Below are positions 39,062-48,859 of a stretch of DNA of 64,000 bases, piece by piece (the stretch's first letter is position 1; each line of letters starts with the position of its first letter). The notes beneath the pieces are model-generated. The model had not been told where the DNA came from. It searched no databases and was given only the letters and a program-made list of their open reading frames with translations. Source of the DNA: Candidatus Saccharimonadales bacterium (GTDB lineage Bacteria; Patescibacteriota; Saccharimonadia; Saccharimonadales; JBBQAJ01); the NCBI GenBank assembly GCA_038316195.1, contig JBBQAJ010000001.1, forward strand, positions 27,680 to 91,679, read 5' to 3'. The position numbers and the translations under genes are program-made.

Positions 39062-40505
39062 TTAATTTTTTTATAAGTTCTTGTGCAAGTGATGGATTCG
39101 CTTTCCCTTGGCTAACCTTCATTACTTGTCCAACTAAATACCCTATGGCTTTTTGTTCACCGTTTTTTACGTCTGTTGCTGCTTGTGGATTGTCATTTAA
39201 TACTTGCTTTACTATTTTTGATATTTCTCCTTCATCAGAAACTTGAAGTACATTTTTTTGCTTGGCTATTTCTAGTGGTGGTTTACCACTTTTAATTAGT
39301 TCTAACAAAATTATTTTTGCACCCGTCGAACTGACTTTTTTGTCTGCCGTTAATTGGGCCAATTCAACCAATTTCTCTGCATCCAGTTTTAAATCTTCCC
39401 ATTCAGTATCACTTTCTGACAATTGGGCCTGAACGTCTGATACTAACCAGTTTGCAATCCTCTTGACGAGCTGGCTGTCACAACCTGTATCAAGTAGGTC
39501 GTAAATTAGCTTTCCAGCCGGCATTTCATCAATCAAAGTGTTGACAGATGATTCATCTAATACCAATACAGAAAAGGCACTTCTAAGTTCTGCAGGTAAA
39601 GGTGGCATAATGGATTTTATACCTTCGATAGCGACATCTGTTAATTCAACAGGTGGCAAGTCAGGCTCTGGGAAGTACCTATAATCATGTGAATCTTCTT
39701 TACTTCGTTGGCTAAAAGTTTTTTGCTTTGCATCATCCCAACCACGTGTTTCCTGTGCTACTTTTCCACCTGTTTCAAGTAATTCTATTTGACGCATAGT
39801 TTCAAAATCGACTGCTTTTTCTACACTTTTGAACGAATTTAGATTTTTTGTTTCACTACGTGTACCAAGCTTATTTGACTTGCTAACACTGACATTTACA
39901 TCAAATCGCATATTCCCATAGAACAGATTTGCATCAGAAACATCTGCATATCTCATCAGTAAATACAATTCCTTGGCATATGCTTTGGCTTCTTGCCCAG
40001 AATGCATTTCAGGTTCAGAAACTATTTCTAGGAGGGGTGTGCCAGCCCTATTTAAGTCAACTAAACTATAATCTTTCCCAGCTGGGTGAGTGCTTTTTCC
40101 AGCATCTTCTTCCAAATGTGCCCTAGTTATGTTTACACGCTTTGTTTTGCCGTCAATAGAAATATCGACATGACCACCAATAACTATTGGTTCATCAAAC
40201 TGGGTAATTTGATAGCCTTTGGGCAAGTCTGGATAGAAGTAATGTTTGCGATCAAACTTGCTAAATTTTTGTGGTGATACTCCCAATGCAAAAGCGGCCT
40301 TCATGGCAAGTTCAATTGCCCGTTCGTTCAAAACAGGTAGCGCACCAGGCATGCCCATGTCAATATGACTAATGAGTGTATTCGGTTCGGCATTTCGGGC
40401 ATCATTACCCACCGCAGAAAATAGCTTTGTCTTAGACTTAAGCTGTACATGGCATTCTATTCCTACCGTAGTAGTATACTTTTCTAATATGTGTTTATTT
40501 ATCAT
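39051..40505 (-). CDS. gatB: Asp/Glu-tRNA amidotransferase subunit B
   Basis: GIECHVQL, RKHYFYPDLPKGYQITQ, HLEEDAGK, DYRYFPEPDL. Confidence 0.97.
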   Translation of the reverse strand: MINKHILEKYTTTVGIECHVQLKSKTKLFSAVGNDARNAEPNTLISHIDMGMPGALPVLNERAIELAMKAAFALGVSPQKFSKFDRKHYFYPDLPKGYQITQFDEPIVIGGHVDISIDGKTKRVNITRAHLEEDAGKSTHPAGKDYSLVDLNRAGTPLLEIVSEPEMHSGQEAKAYAKELYLLMRYADVSDANLFYGNMRFDVNVSVSKSNKLGTRSETKNLNSFKSVEKAVDFETMRQIELLETGGKVAQETRGWDDAKQKTFSQRSKEDSHDYRYFPEPDLPPVELTDVAIEGIKSIMPPLPAELRSAFSVLVLDESSVNTLIDEMPAGKLIYDLLDTGCDSQLVKRIANWLVSDVQAQLSESDTEWEDLKLDAEKLVELAQLTADKKVSSTGAKIILLELIKSGKPPLEIAKQKNVLQVSDEGEISKIVKQVLNDNPQAATDVKNGEQKAIGYLVGQVMKVSQGKANPSLAQELIKKLIKL

Positions 40506-40881
40506 TGTTAATCTCTTTATTTGACGGTAATGCGCCTAAATCTTTAAGGGCTTCCCTAAAACTAATAAGTGCTTCTTTGACATCTGATTCTTTGAGTCTA
40601 AGGGTTGCATCTGCAGTAAGTTTTTTTACTAAATTATGTGCGTCCCATATATCATCGTTATCCGTTATATAGCGCTGTGCTTTTACTAAACGTTCGCCCA
40701 AGGTCTTACCTTTGAACCTACGTTTTTTCAGAGCTTTGTTCAACAGTGCGTCTGCGTTTTTTAAAGCCTCTGGCCAAGTAGCCTTGTCTTTACACAAATA
40801 TTGCAAGTCTTTCCATTCTTCAATGAATTTTGATGTTCTATTTATACGTTTTTTTGGACCTCGAAATGGGATAAGTTTCAT
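40495..40881 (-). CDS. Hypothetical helical protein inside the gat operon
   Basis: 128-aa ORF overlapping the gatA stop and gatB start; ADALLNKAL...GKTLGERL...AH pattern. Confidence 0.7.
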   Translation of the reverse strand: MKLIPFRGPKKRINRTSKFIEEWKDLQYLCKDKATWPEALKNADALLNKALKKRRFKGKTLGERLVKAQRYITDNDDIWDAHNLVKKLTADATLRLKESDVKEALISFREALKDLGALPSNKEINNDK

Positions 40882-42302
40882 GCTAACAACTCCTCTGTTT
40901 TTTGTGCCAAACCAAGTAGTTTTCTATCTGAGTGTTGAGGTCCCATGAGCTGTACGCCTACAGGTAGACCATTACTTATACATCCAGGTACACTTATCGC
41001 TGGTATTCCTACCAAACTTGCCGCGACTGTCATAACGTCACTCAAATACATCTGAAGTGGATCACTTGTATTTTCGCCAATTTTGAATGCGGTAGAGGGA
41101 GCAACAGGTCCGATCAAAAAATTAACTTTTTTGAAAGCGTCCGTAAATTCTGCTATCAATTTTGTTCTAAGTTGTTGGGCTTTTATATAATATGCATCAT
41201 AATAGCCACTACTCAGAACGTAAGTACCTATCATGATCCTACGCTTGGCTTCAGTTCCAAAGCCTTCACTTCTAGACCAATTGTACGCGTCGTCTAAATT
41301 TTTTGCATCTGGACTAGAATAGCCATATCGTTGACCGTCATACCTACTTAAGTTGCTACTAACTTCTGCTGGCATGATAATGTAGTAACAGGCAAGTGAA
41401 AGTGCCAGACTTGGTAAACTAACCTCAACAACATCTGCTCCAGCTTTTTTTAATTTTTCTACTGATGAGATTATTTGTTTTTTTACATCAGGATCAACAC
41501 CTTCAGTCATATATTCTTTAATTAGGCCAATTTTTACGTCTTTGATATTTAAAGGTAGCTCTGTATAACTAGTTGAATCTCTGTCTATTGTCGTACTGTC
41601 GAGATTATCTTTGCCTGCTAATACATCTAGTACGAGCGCCAAATCTTCCACATTTCGAGTTATTGTACCGACTGTGTCGGTACTGCTAGCCATTGCAACT
41701 ATTCCAGAACGAGAAATAAGACCATAAGTTGGTTTGAACCCAACGCAACCAGACATGCTTGCAGGTTGGCGAGTTGAACCACCGGTGTCTGTCCCAAGTG
41801 CAAATGGAACCATGTCTAGTACTACAGATGCAACTGAGCCACCTGATGATCCACCAGGAACTCGAGTTTTGTCATGTGGATTCTTAGTAATTGCATAGTC
41901 ACTATTTTCGGTAGATGCACCATGACCAAAAGCGTCCATGTTTGCCTTTGCAACGCAAATTGCACCCTCTGATTCTAGTTTTTCTATAGCTGTTGCTTGA
42001 TATGGTGCGTTGAATCCTTTGAGTATGTTGCTTGCAGCTGTAGTTTCTGAGCCAAATGTCAGGAAGTTATCTTTTGCTATGAATGGCACACCGGCTAATC
42101 TGCCGACACTTTGCCCTTTTGAGACCAATTCATCAATTTCATTTGCACGCTCGATTGCCCTGGTTTCTGTAGTTGACAGAATTGCATTGTATTCTTTTTT
42201 ATCATCAATAGTGGCCAATGATTTAGCCACAAGGTCTACTGCTTTTACCTTACCGGCCTCTACGTCGTTCGCAATAGCAAAAATACTTTTCCACTGACTC
42301 AC
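40878..42302 (-). CDS. gatA: Asp/Glu-tRNA amidotransferase subunit A
   Basis: Amidase signature PGGSSGGS, GTDTGGS, SSNLSRYDG, LSSGYYDAYY. Confidence 0.97.
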   Translation of the reverse strand: MSQWKSIFAIANDVEAGKVKAVDLVAKSLATIDDKKEYNAILSTTETRAIERANEIDELVSKGQSVGRLAGVPFIAKDNFLTFGSETTAASNILKGFNAPYQATAIEKLESEGAICVAKANMDAFGHGASTENSDYAITKNPHDKTRVPGGSSGGSVASVVLDMVPFALGTDTGGSTRQPASMSGCVGFKPTYGLISRSGIVAMASSTDTVGTITRNVEDLALVLDVLAGKDNLDSTTIDRDSTSYTELPLNIKDVKIGLIKEYMTEGVDPDVKKQIISSVEKLKKAGADVVEVSLPSLALSLACYYIIMPAEVSSNLSRYDGQRYGYSSPDAKNLDDAYNWSRSEGFGTEAKRRIMIGTYVLSSGYYDAYYIKAQQLRTKLIAEFTDAFKKVNFLIGPVAPSTAFKIGENTSDPLQMYLSDVMTVAASLVGIPAISVPGCISNGLPVGVQLMGPQHSDRKLLGLAQKTEELLA

Positions 42303-42592
42303 GCTAACATCCTTCTCACTTTTAAATGACCATCTTGCACTGCTGGGGCGTTTTTAAGCAATTCATTGGGAGTAGCGCCATAATCAATTAGGTCATCTTT
42401 TCGTAAAACATTAGTCAGACCAGTGACTTGATTGGTGGGTTTTATTTTATTTAATTCAACAGACTGCAATTGTTCTACATAACCCAAAATAGCACTGATT
42501 TCAGTCGTAAATTGTTCGATTTCAATGTCAGATAAATGCAGTCTTGATAACTGAGCCAATTTTAATACGTCGTCGCGTGTGAGTTTTGCCAT
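42299..42592 (-). CDS. gatC: Asp/Glu-tRNA amidotransferase subunit C
   Basis: DVLKLAQLSRL...ILGYVEQL...NVLRKD...NAP; upstream of gatA. Confidence 0.93.
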   Translation of the reverse strand: MAKLTRDDVLKLAQLSRLHLSDIEIEQFTTEISAILGYVEQLQSVELNKIKPTNQVTGLTNVLRKDDLIDYGATPNELLKNAPAVQDGHLKVRRMLA

Positions 42593-42697
42593 TTCATACT
42601 ATTATAACAAAGGTCGTTCTAAAGTGCTTTACAAATACAATTTACAGGAATACGATAAGCATTAGTTCTATAATATTCGTTTGTTTAGGATACAAAA

Positions 42698-43663
42698 ATG
42701 CTAACTGATACTACATCGGTTAATAAAAATTCTGAAATCTGGAGGGCTATTGAAATGCCCCCTGAGCATTTTAATCCCTATGATATCGCCTTACCAGATG
42801 TTCCCACAGTTAAATTTCAAGGTACAGTCAGAGTTGGCAACAGTCCTTTGGATTGGAGTTTTGAAACTCAAGAGCATTTAGTTGATAATCCCCATGAAAT
42901 TTTTCCAGTTTTTTCTGGTTTTGGCGCCATAAAAGACTCCTCTAGCCCTTTTGCAAATGCAATGGCACAGTTGGAAATGGGCACATTGATTATAGAGCAG
43001 GTCAGAAAAGACGGTCGTTCAATTCGAGAGCGATTATTTGACCCTCATAAAATCCAAATTGAAGCTATGGGGATAGCCCTTGATGCGCTCCAACACGAAA
43101 CTGGTATTAAAATATCTGCTAATCCTAAGGGCACCAAACTAGTACCCATAGGCCACTCAATGGGTGGCGAGCCTGCACTGCGCTATGCCGAAGAACATCA
43201 TGAAGCCACTTCTGCAGTTATACTATTTGCAACAATTGGTTTTGGGTCACCAAACGTTTTGAGAATTTTATCCAAAGTTCCTCGTGGAATTGTACCGGCA
43301 ATCAAGGAAGAGTTTGTACCGTTCCTAAAATGTCCAGAAGTACCGAAAGAATTTCGAGTTGCAACTAAAGCTCTTGGTTATTTTGCAATTAATCCTGTAA
43401 GAACTGTAGGTGAAGCAGGTTCATGTTTGACATCCAAACAAGGCGATCGAAGCACAAATTTACGAAATATTGGAATACCGATCATTTACGGTCAGCCTGT
43501 ATATGATTTGTTAGTTCAAGGAATCGAGGGCGCTAAAGATTTTGTAAGTACAGTCAGCGAGATCCCTCGATCCGGACATATGATTTTACAAGCAAAACCA
43601 AGTAGAGCTGCCCACTGGGTAATGAGCGTGATGAACACTACAGAATTTGCTGAAGCAGCTTAA
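42698..43663 (+). CDS. Alpha/beta-fold hydrolase
   Basis: GHSMGG nucleophile elbow, YDLLV candidate acid, SGHM candidate His. Confidence 0.8.
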   Translation: MLTDTTSVNKNSEIWRAIEMPPEHFNPYDIALPDVPTVKFQGTVRVGNSPLDWSFETQEHLVDNPHEIFPVFSGFGAIKDSSSPFANAMAQLEMGTLIIEQVRKDGRSIRERLFDPHKIQIEAMGIALDALQHETGIKISANPKGTKLVPIGHSMGGEPALRYAEEHHEATSAVILFATIGFGSPNVLRILSKVPRGIVPAIKEEFVPFLKCPEVPKEFRVATKALGYFAINPVRTVGEAGSCLTSKQGDRSTNLRNIGIPIIYGQPVYDLLVQGIEGAKDFVSTVSEIPRSGHMILQAKPSRAAHWVMSVMNTTEFAEAA

Positions 43664-43775
43664 TGCTTATCTCTAGACTATATATTTGTTCCCAAATGTG
43701 AGTATATTTCCACTGTACAGATGCCACGAATCGAAATAACTACAGACAGTGTAAGACACTAATTATGATTCTAAA

Positions 43776-44336
43776 TTAACCTAGATGCACATCATAAAGA
43801 AATAAACTATTTGGTAAATTATCAGATACCAACTTCAGAAGTGGCTCAACTGCCTCGACATTGTCTTCTACGATGCCAATATTAACAAATAACTCACGTT
43901 CTGGAAGTGTTATATCACAATCTGATGCTTCACATAATAAATCTTCCATCACACGGCGTTCACTCGCCACAAAAGCCTTACTTGATAATGTAAGTACCCC
44001 ACCCAACCACGTGACGCCGTTTTCAACCACAAACAAAGCAGATCCTGCAATATCGACTGACTTATATTTTCCGAGTTCATCCGATTCATCATTTTTATAA
44101 TCATCCAGTAGATCCTCGACTCTCTGTCTTTTGAGCCCTGGATACTCTTTCAGCAATGGTCTTATTTCGGAGCGTCTGACAAGCTCAAGTGCCGACATTC
44201 CAAGACTTGCATGCAATCCAATACCCATTCCTTCAGCGACATTTCCAAGATTACGTATAAATGACAGTTCATTATCTTTTGTTCTGTTTCCAACACCACG
44301 CTGAAAAGAAAAGGGACGTTCGCTCATAATTTGCAT
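43776..44336 (-). CDS. Hypothetical acidic protein, possibly degenerate 2H-phosphoesterase-like
   Basis: 186-aa ORF; LHASLG fits HxS/T, second site LFVNIG lacks His. Confidence 0.5.
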   Translation of the reverse strand: MQIMSERPFSFQRGVGNRTKDNELSFIRNLGNVAEGMGIGLHASLGMSALELVRRSEIRPLLKEYPGLKRQRVEDLLDDYKNDESDELGKYKSVDIAGSALFVVENGVTWLGGVLTLSSKAFVASERRVMEDLLCEASDCDITLPERELFVNIGIVEDNVEAVEPLLKLVSDNLPNSLFLYDVHLG

Positions 44337-44916
44337 ATTTTACCACATAAATGCGTTCTATACTATAATGTTTTACTTGTTCCCAACTTACAATAGAATC
44401 GGAATCGAACACTTTTGTTACATATTTAGGCGTAAAGTACAGAAGTTAAATCGGCGATTACTCATGAAAAATGAAATACAAGGACTAAAACTTCTATTCA
44501 CGCTACGGTATGTTCAATTTTTCGAATATCTGTAATTTGTTTACTCGATGCAGTTAATTTCAGATAGGCTTAAGTTAGACACTGACCCTCAAACAGGGCG
44601 TACTAATGCAAATCTCTTACCAGACAGCAATAGTGTGTGAAAATTAACCATAAAAAAAGATGTTTCTGAAATACAGTTTCTAGACTTGTAATTTAGTTGG
44701 TAGCTGCAAGATTTCAAGGTTTTACTGATATTAGTGTAGGAGTGTAGTTGGCATTAGCACCCAAAGAAATTGAGAATAGAGCAGTCAATGAATTCCGACA
44801 TCAAATTTCAGTGAATTTGAAACTTAACTTGGCGTCAGTCACACCACATTAATATTGATCCAAGACTTAGACACTAAAGCAAATGCATTACCAGAATTTT
44901 CATAAATATGTTAAAT

Positions 44917-46881
44917 CTACAATTTATTTTTAATATCGGAGATAATGTCCCTAAGTTCGGCGGCTTTTTCGAATTCTAGGTTTGCACTTGCTAGGTCCAT
45001 TTGGGAAGTCAAATCTCGTATAAGGTGGCCATATTCGTCTTTGGGGATTTTTTTCAGGTCTAGTTTTGGTTTTTTGTCGGCTTCTGAAATATCTGGTCGC
45101 ATACCTTTTTCAACGTTTTTAGTGATTCCTTCTGCTGTTATACTGTGTTTTTCGTTGTAATCTTCTTGAATTTTGCGTCGACGATTGGTCTCGTCTATTG
45201 TGCGCTTCATACTGCCAGTTATTTTGTCAGCGTACATAATAACTCTGCCATCAATATGTCTTGCAGCCCTTCCGACAGTTTGAACAAGTGCTTGTTCGCT
45301 TCTCAAAAATCCTTCTTTGTCGGCGTCCAAAATTGCTACTAGACTAACTTCTGGTAAATCTAGACCTTCTCTAAGTAAATTAATACCGACAACTACATCA
45401 TAAATACCCAACCGTAAATCCCTTAAAATATCTGTTCTGTCTAAAGTATCTACATCACTATGCAGATATGTGACTTTTATATTTAGGTCCTTTAGATAGT
45501 CGGTAAGATCTTCTGACATTCGTTTAGTAAGTGTCGTCACCAACACACGCTGGTGTTTATCGATTGTTTCTTTGATTTCATGTAACAAATCGTCAATCTG
45601 GCCATCAATTGGCCTAACATCTATTTTTGGATCAATTAGTCCTGTAGGTCGTATAACTTGCTGAACTGGTTTTGGACTTCTAGATAGTTCATATTCTGCG
45701 GGAGTAGCACTGACATATATAACTTTGTTGATATGTTTTTCAAACTCAGAAAAAGTTAAAGGTCTGTTGTCTAACGCACTTGGCATGCGAAATCCATGCT
45801 CTACAAGAACCTCCTTGCGAGCTCTATCGCCATTGTACATGCCCCTTACCTGAGGCAAACTCATATGCGATTCATCTACAAGTAACAGATAATCATCTGG
45901 AAAATAATCCATAAGAGTTGCTGGCTGCTCGCCTGGCTCTCTGTCAGTCAAATACCGACTATAGTTTTCTATACCCTTTACAAATCCGGTCTCCTGTAAC
46001 ATTTCTAGGTCAAAGTTGGTCCTTTGTTGCAATCGCTGAGCTTCTAGTAACAAGCCGTGTTTTTTAAAATATTTCAAACGATCATCTAGTTCGTTTTGGA
46101 TTTGTACCAAAGCACCTTTTAACTTTTCAGCTGGGGTAACGTAATGACTACTAGGAAATACTTTTAGACTTGTAAGAATATTTTCAATTTCTCCCGTAAG
46201 TGGGTTTATTTGTGTAATCCTTTCTACTTCGTCGCCGAACAACTCAACTCTATAGGCAACCTCTTCCCCGGCAGGGAATATATCTAGTACATCACCACGA
46301 ACTCGAAATGTTCCACGATGGAAATCTATGTCATTTCGCTGGTATTGTATATCTGTGAGTTGCCGAAGCAGTTTGTCTCGTATCCGTCGTTCGCCCTTTT
46401 TGATAACTACAGACAGGCTATCATAGTCCTCCACAGAACCAATCCCATATATACAACTAACACTTGCCACAATAATAACGTCTTTTCTAGAAAGCAGTGA
46501 ATCTGTTGCAGCATGACGCAATCTATCTATTTCTTCGTTTATCTGGCTATCTTTCTCTATATATGTATCACTTCTTGGTATATATGCTTCGGGCTGATAG
46601 TAGTCAAAATAGCTTACAAAATAATGAACCGCATTGTCTGGGAAAAAACTTTTGAATTCGTTGTATAACTGGGCAGCAAGAGTTTTGTTGTGGCTTAGCA
46701 CAAGAGTTGGTTTTTGCACATTTTGTATAACGTTTGCCATAGTAAACGTTTTTCCAGAACCGGTTACACCCAACAAAGTCTGTTCTTTGATGCCATTATT
46801 TAGCCCCTTTGTAAGTGCTGCTATAGCAGTTGGCTGATCACCTGCTGGCGAATAATAAGACTTTAGTTGGAACTTAGTCAT
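44917..46881 (-). CDS. uvrB: Excinuclease ABC subunit B
   Basis: [38 protein letters not shown]-terminal UVR. Confidence 0.98.
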   Translation of the reverse strand: MTKFQLKSYYSPAGDQPTAIAALTKGLNNGIKEQTLLGVTGSGKTFTMANVIQNVQKPTLVLSHNKTLAAQLYNEFKSFFPDNAVHYFVSYFDYYQPEAYIPRSDTYIEKDSQINEEIDRLRHAATDSLLSRKDVIIVASVSCIYGIGSVEDYDSLSVVIKKGERRIRDKLLRQLTDIQYQRNDIDFHRGTFRVRGDVLDIFPAGEEVAYRVELFGDEVERITQINPLTGEIENILTSLKVFPSSHYVTPAEKLKGALVQIQNELDDRLKYFKKHGLLLEAQRLQQRTNFDLEMLQETGFVKGIENYSRYLTDREPGEQPATLMDYFPDDYLLLVDESHMSLPQVRGMYNGDRARKEVLVEHGFRMPSALDNRPLTFSEFEKHINKVIYVSATPAEYELSRSPKPVQQVIRPTGLIDPKIDVRPIDGQIDDLLHEIKETIDKHQRVLVTTLTKRMSEDLTDYLKDLNIKVTYLHSDVDTLDRTDILRDLRLGIYDVVVGINLLREGLDLPEVSLVAILDADKEGFLRSEQALVQTVGRAARHIDGRVIMYADKITGSMKRTIDETNRRRKIQEDYNEKHSITAEGITKNVEKGMRPDISEADKKPKLDLKKIPKDEYGHLIRDLTSQMDLASANLEFEKAAELRDIISDIKNKL

Positions 46882-46926
46882 CAACACATTGTAGCAATTT
46901 TCTTCAACGATACGATAATATAGTTT

Positions 46927-47532
46927 TTAGCCTTGGTGGTGATGTTCGTTTCCCAAAAACCATTCGGCACTTAGGGCTTTCGTATTTATTTCTCTATATT
47001 CAACATCCAACATTTTAATTATTTTTTGGACCAGTCTTTCGGGGTTGTCATCAAAAATAACCATTTCTCTATTTATTGGCTCTAGACGTTCCATCAACTC
47101 TTCGATTATGTCTGCGGTACCACCACTCCCAGTCAGAACACCACATGGCATATGCGATTCAAGTGCAGTGGTAAATTCGTGTAAACTGCCAAATCTACCA
47201 CCCACTGTTATAATTGCATCGCTTGATTGGACTAAATGCACATCTCTTCCAACATAATGCATACCTGTAAAATTTATAAAATCGAATACTCCTATTGGCA
47301 GTCGATACTTAGCAACATGTTCTCTCAAGGATGAGGCAGGTGAAAAGCCTATGCTGATACCCCCAGCTTCTTTTGCTGCTTTTGCTGCATAGAATGGCAA
47401 ACCGACTGTTGCTCCGGTGGTTATCATGTGGCCTTGCTTAGCAATTTCAACCCCTAACCTTTCAGCTAATCCAGATGATGATTTCACTGTTTTTCCAGAA
47501 GCTGCACCGGATACGCATATGGCGTAATTCAT
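46927..47532 (-). CDS. LOG/SLOG-family nucleotide-binding protein
   Basis: TGATVGLP...AAKAAKEAGG...GRDVHLVQSSDAIITVGGRFGSLHE. Confidence 0.85.
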   Translation of the reverse strand: MNYAICVSGAASGKTVKSSSGLAERLGVEIAKQGHMITTGATVGLPFYAAKAAKEAGGISIGFSPASSLREHVAKYRLPIGVFDFINFTGMHYVGRDVHLVQSSDAIITVGGRFGSLHEFTTALESHMPCGVLTGSGGTADIIEELMERLEPINREMVIFDDNPERLVQKIIKMLDVEYREINTKALSAEWFLGNEHHHQG

Positions 47533-48785
47533 ACTACAAAATCCATATCCATGGCAGTTTGCCGTTCTAGTGTCGATTGCTCGTCTAGTTGATACAAAAT
47601 TTGGTTTTCTAAAGACCTTTGGCCGAAATACCTAAAATATACTTCATTCCATAGACTTTCCTGCATATGGTAATTAACTCTGCCTTCGAAATTAAGCTTG
47701 TTTACCAAATTCATTGCCATGTCTGTCAGGCTAAAACTGATTGGCCCGTCAGGCTGTGGCAACCCTAGAAAATCCGTATCGTGCCAAAAATGAAGCGCTG
47801 GTTCAAGTCTGAATAACACATCCTCAGCTTTGCGATATGCCAAATCTTCTGGTTGAACATGTGGCTCAAACAACTCAGGGTGATTTAACTTATCTGTTGA
47901 ACCATAATACCTATGTATAACTCGCCAATGTACAGGGTGACCAGCAATTGAAACATGGTCTTGTTTTTGATTCAAAACATGCTCGATAAGCAGTTTACTA
48001 AAATCTGGTCGCATATGATGAAATTTACAGTATGTGCTAAATGCTCTTATTTCATTTATGTAGTGTAATGTTAGTAAGATACTAACCAAAGTAAGTCCTC
48101 TTGGCTTATTTATTTGTACCGGGAGTAGTATCACAACTCCAGCTTCTGGCGAATGTACGATGCTGTTATGTTTAGCACCTCCGAGTGCTTTGCCCACTTT
48201 TTCCCATCGTTTGTCCGATAAGTGAACAACTTCTATGTCACGAACTTCAAAATCGTTTGGCCGAAGTTTTTTATACGAATTTACAAACTTCTCCTGCCAT
48301 TGGGTTGGTTCAGTATGTCGTGCTATAGTAACTAAAATTGAAGCAGGTTCTCTTCTAAGTAATGAATCCACAGATCGATAATTTAGTTGCTTCATGAGTA
48401 ATTTTGGTGGGGTAGCTTTTAAAAGTCGTTTTGCCGCTGTGGATTTAAGAGCCCATGAGTGTTTTGGATATTTTATGTGGTTTATGATTTTTACAACAGC
48501 ATTTGAAATCTGACCTGTGTCGTTTGGATCATCAATATCTAGGCGCTTAACCAAAAACTCATCGTGTAAAGATGTCAAACTAAGTAGTGCATGATATAGC
48601 TCATGGGGAGTTGTGTCGTTAGGATCAAGACCCAATTCGCGAATTTTCATATGTAAACGACCATATATTTCTCCGGTAAGTCTCAAATCAATTCCAGGAG
48701 CTCCAGAATGCAATTCCATACGCGCAAACATGTCTCGAACTAAGCGATTGTCTGCCCCCACCAGTTCTGCTACCAATTTACACAA
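47529..48785 (-). CDS. Hypothetical protein coupled to the LOG-family gene
   Basis: 418-aa ORF; ATGA overlap with the downstream gene; no recognised motif. Confidence 0.75.
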   Translation of the reverse strand: MCKLVAELVGADNRLVRDMFARMELHSGAPGIDLRLTGEIYGRLHMKIRELGLDPNDTTPHELYHALLSLTSLHDEFLVKRLDIDDPNDTGQISNAVVKIINHIKYPKHSWALKSTAAKRLLKATPPKLLMKQLNYRSVDSLLRREPASILVTIARHTEPTQWQEKFVNSYKKLRPNDFEVRDIEVVHLSDKRWEKVGKALGGAKHNSIVHSPEAGVVILLPVQINKPRGLTLVSILLTLHYINEIRAFSTYCKFHHMRPDFSKLLIEHVLNQKQDHVSIAGHPVHWRVIHRYYGSTDKLNHPELFEPHVQPEDLAYRKAEDVLFRLEPALHFWHDTDFLGLPQPDGPISFSLTDMAMNLVNKLNFEGRVNYHMQESLWNEVYFRYFGQRSLENQILYQLDEQSTLERQTAMDMDFVV

Positions 48786-48859
48786 TGTTTTGCTTATCCT
48801 TTGTTGATTACCATAAGCATATCATCAGAGGTTAAATGAGTAAAGTTGCTGGGGCTATT

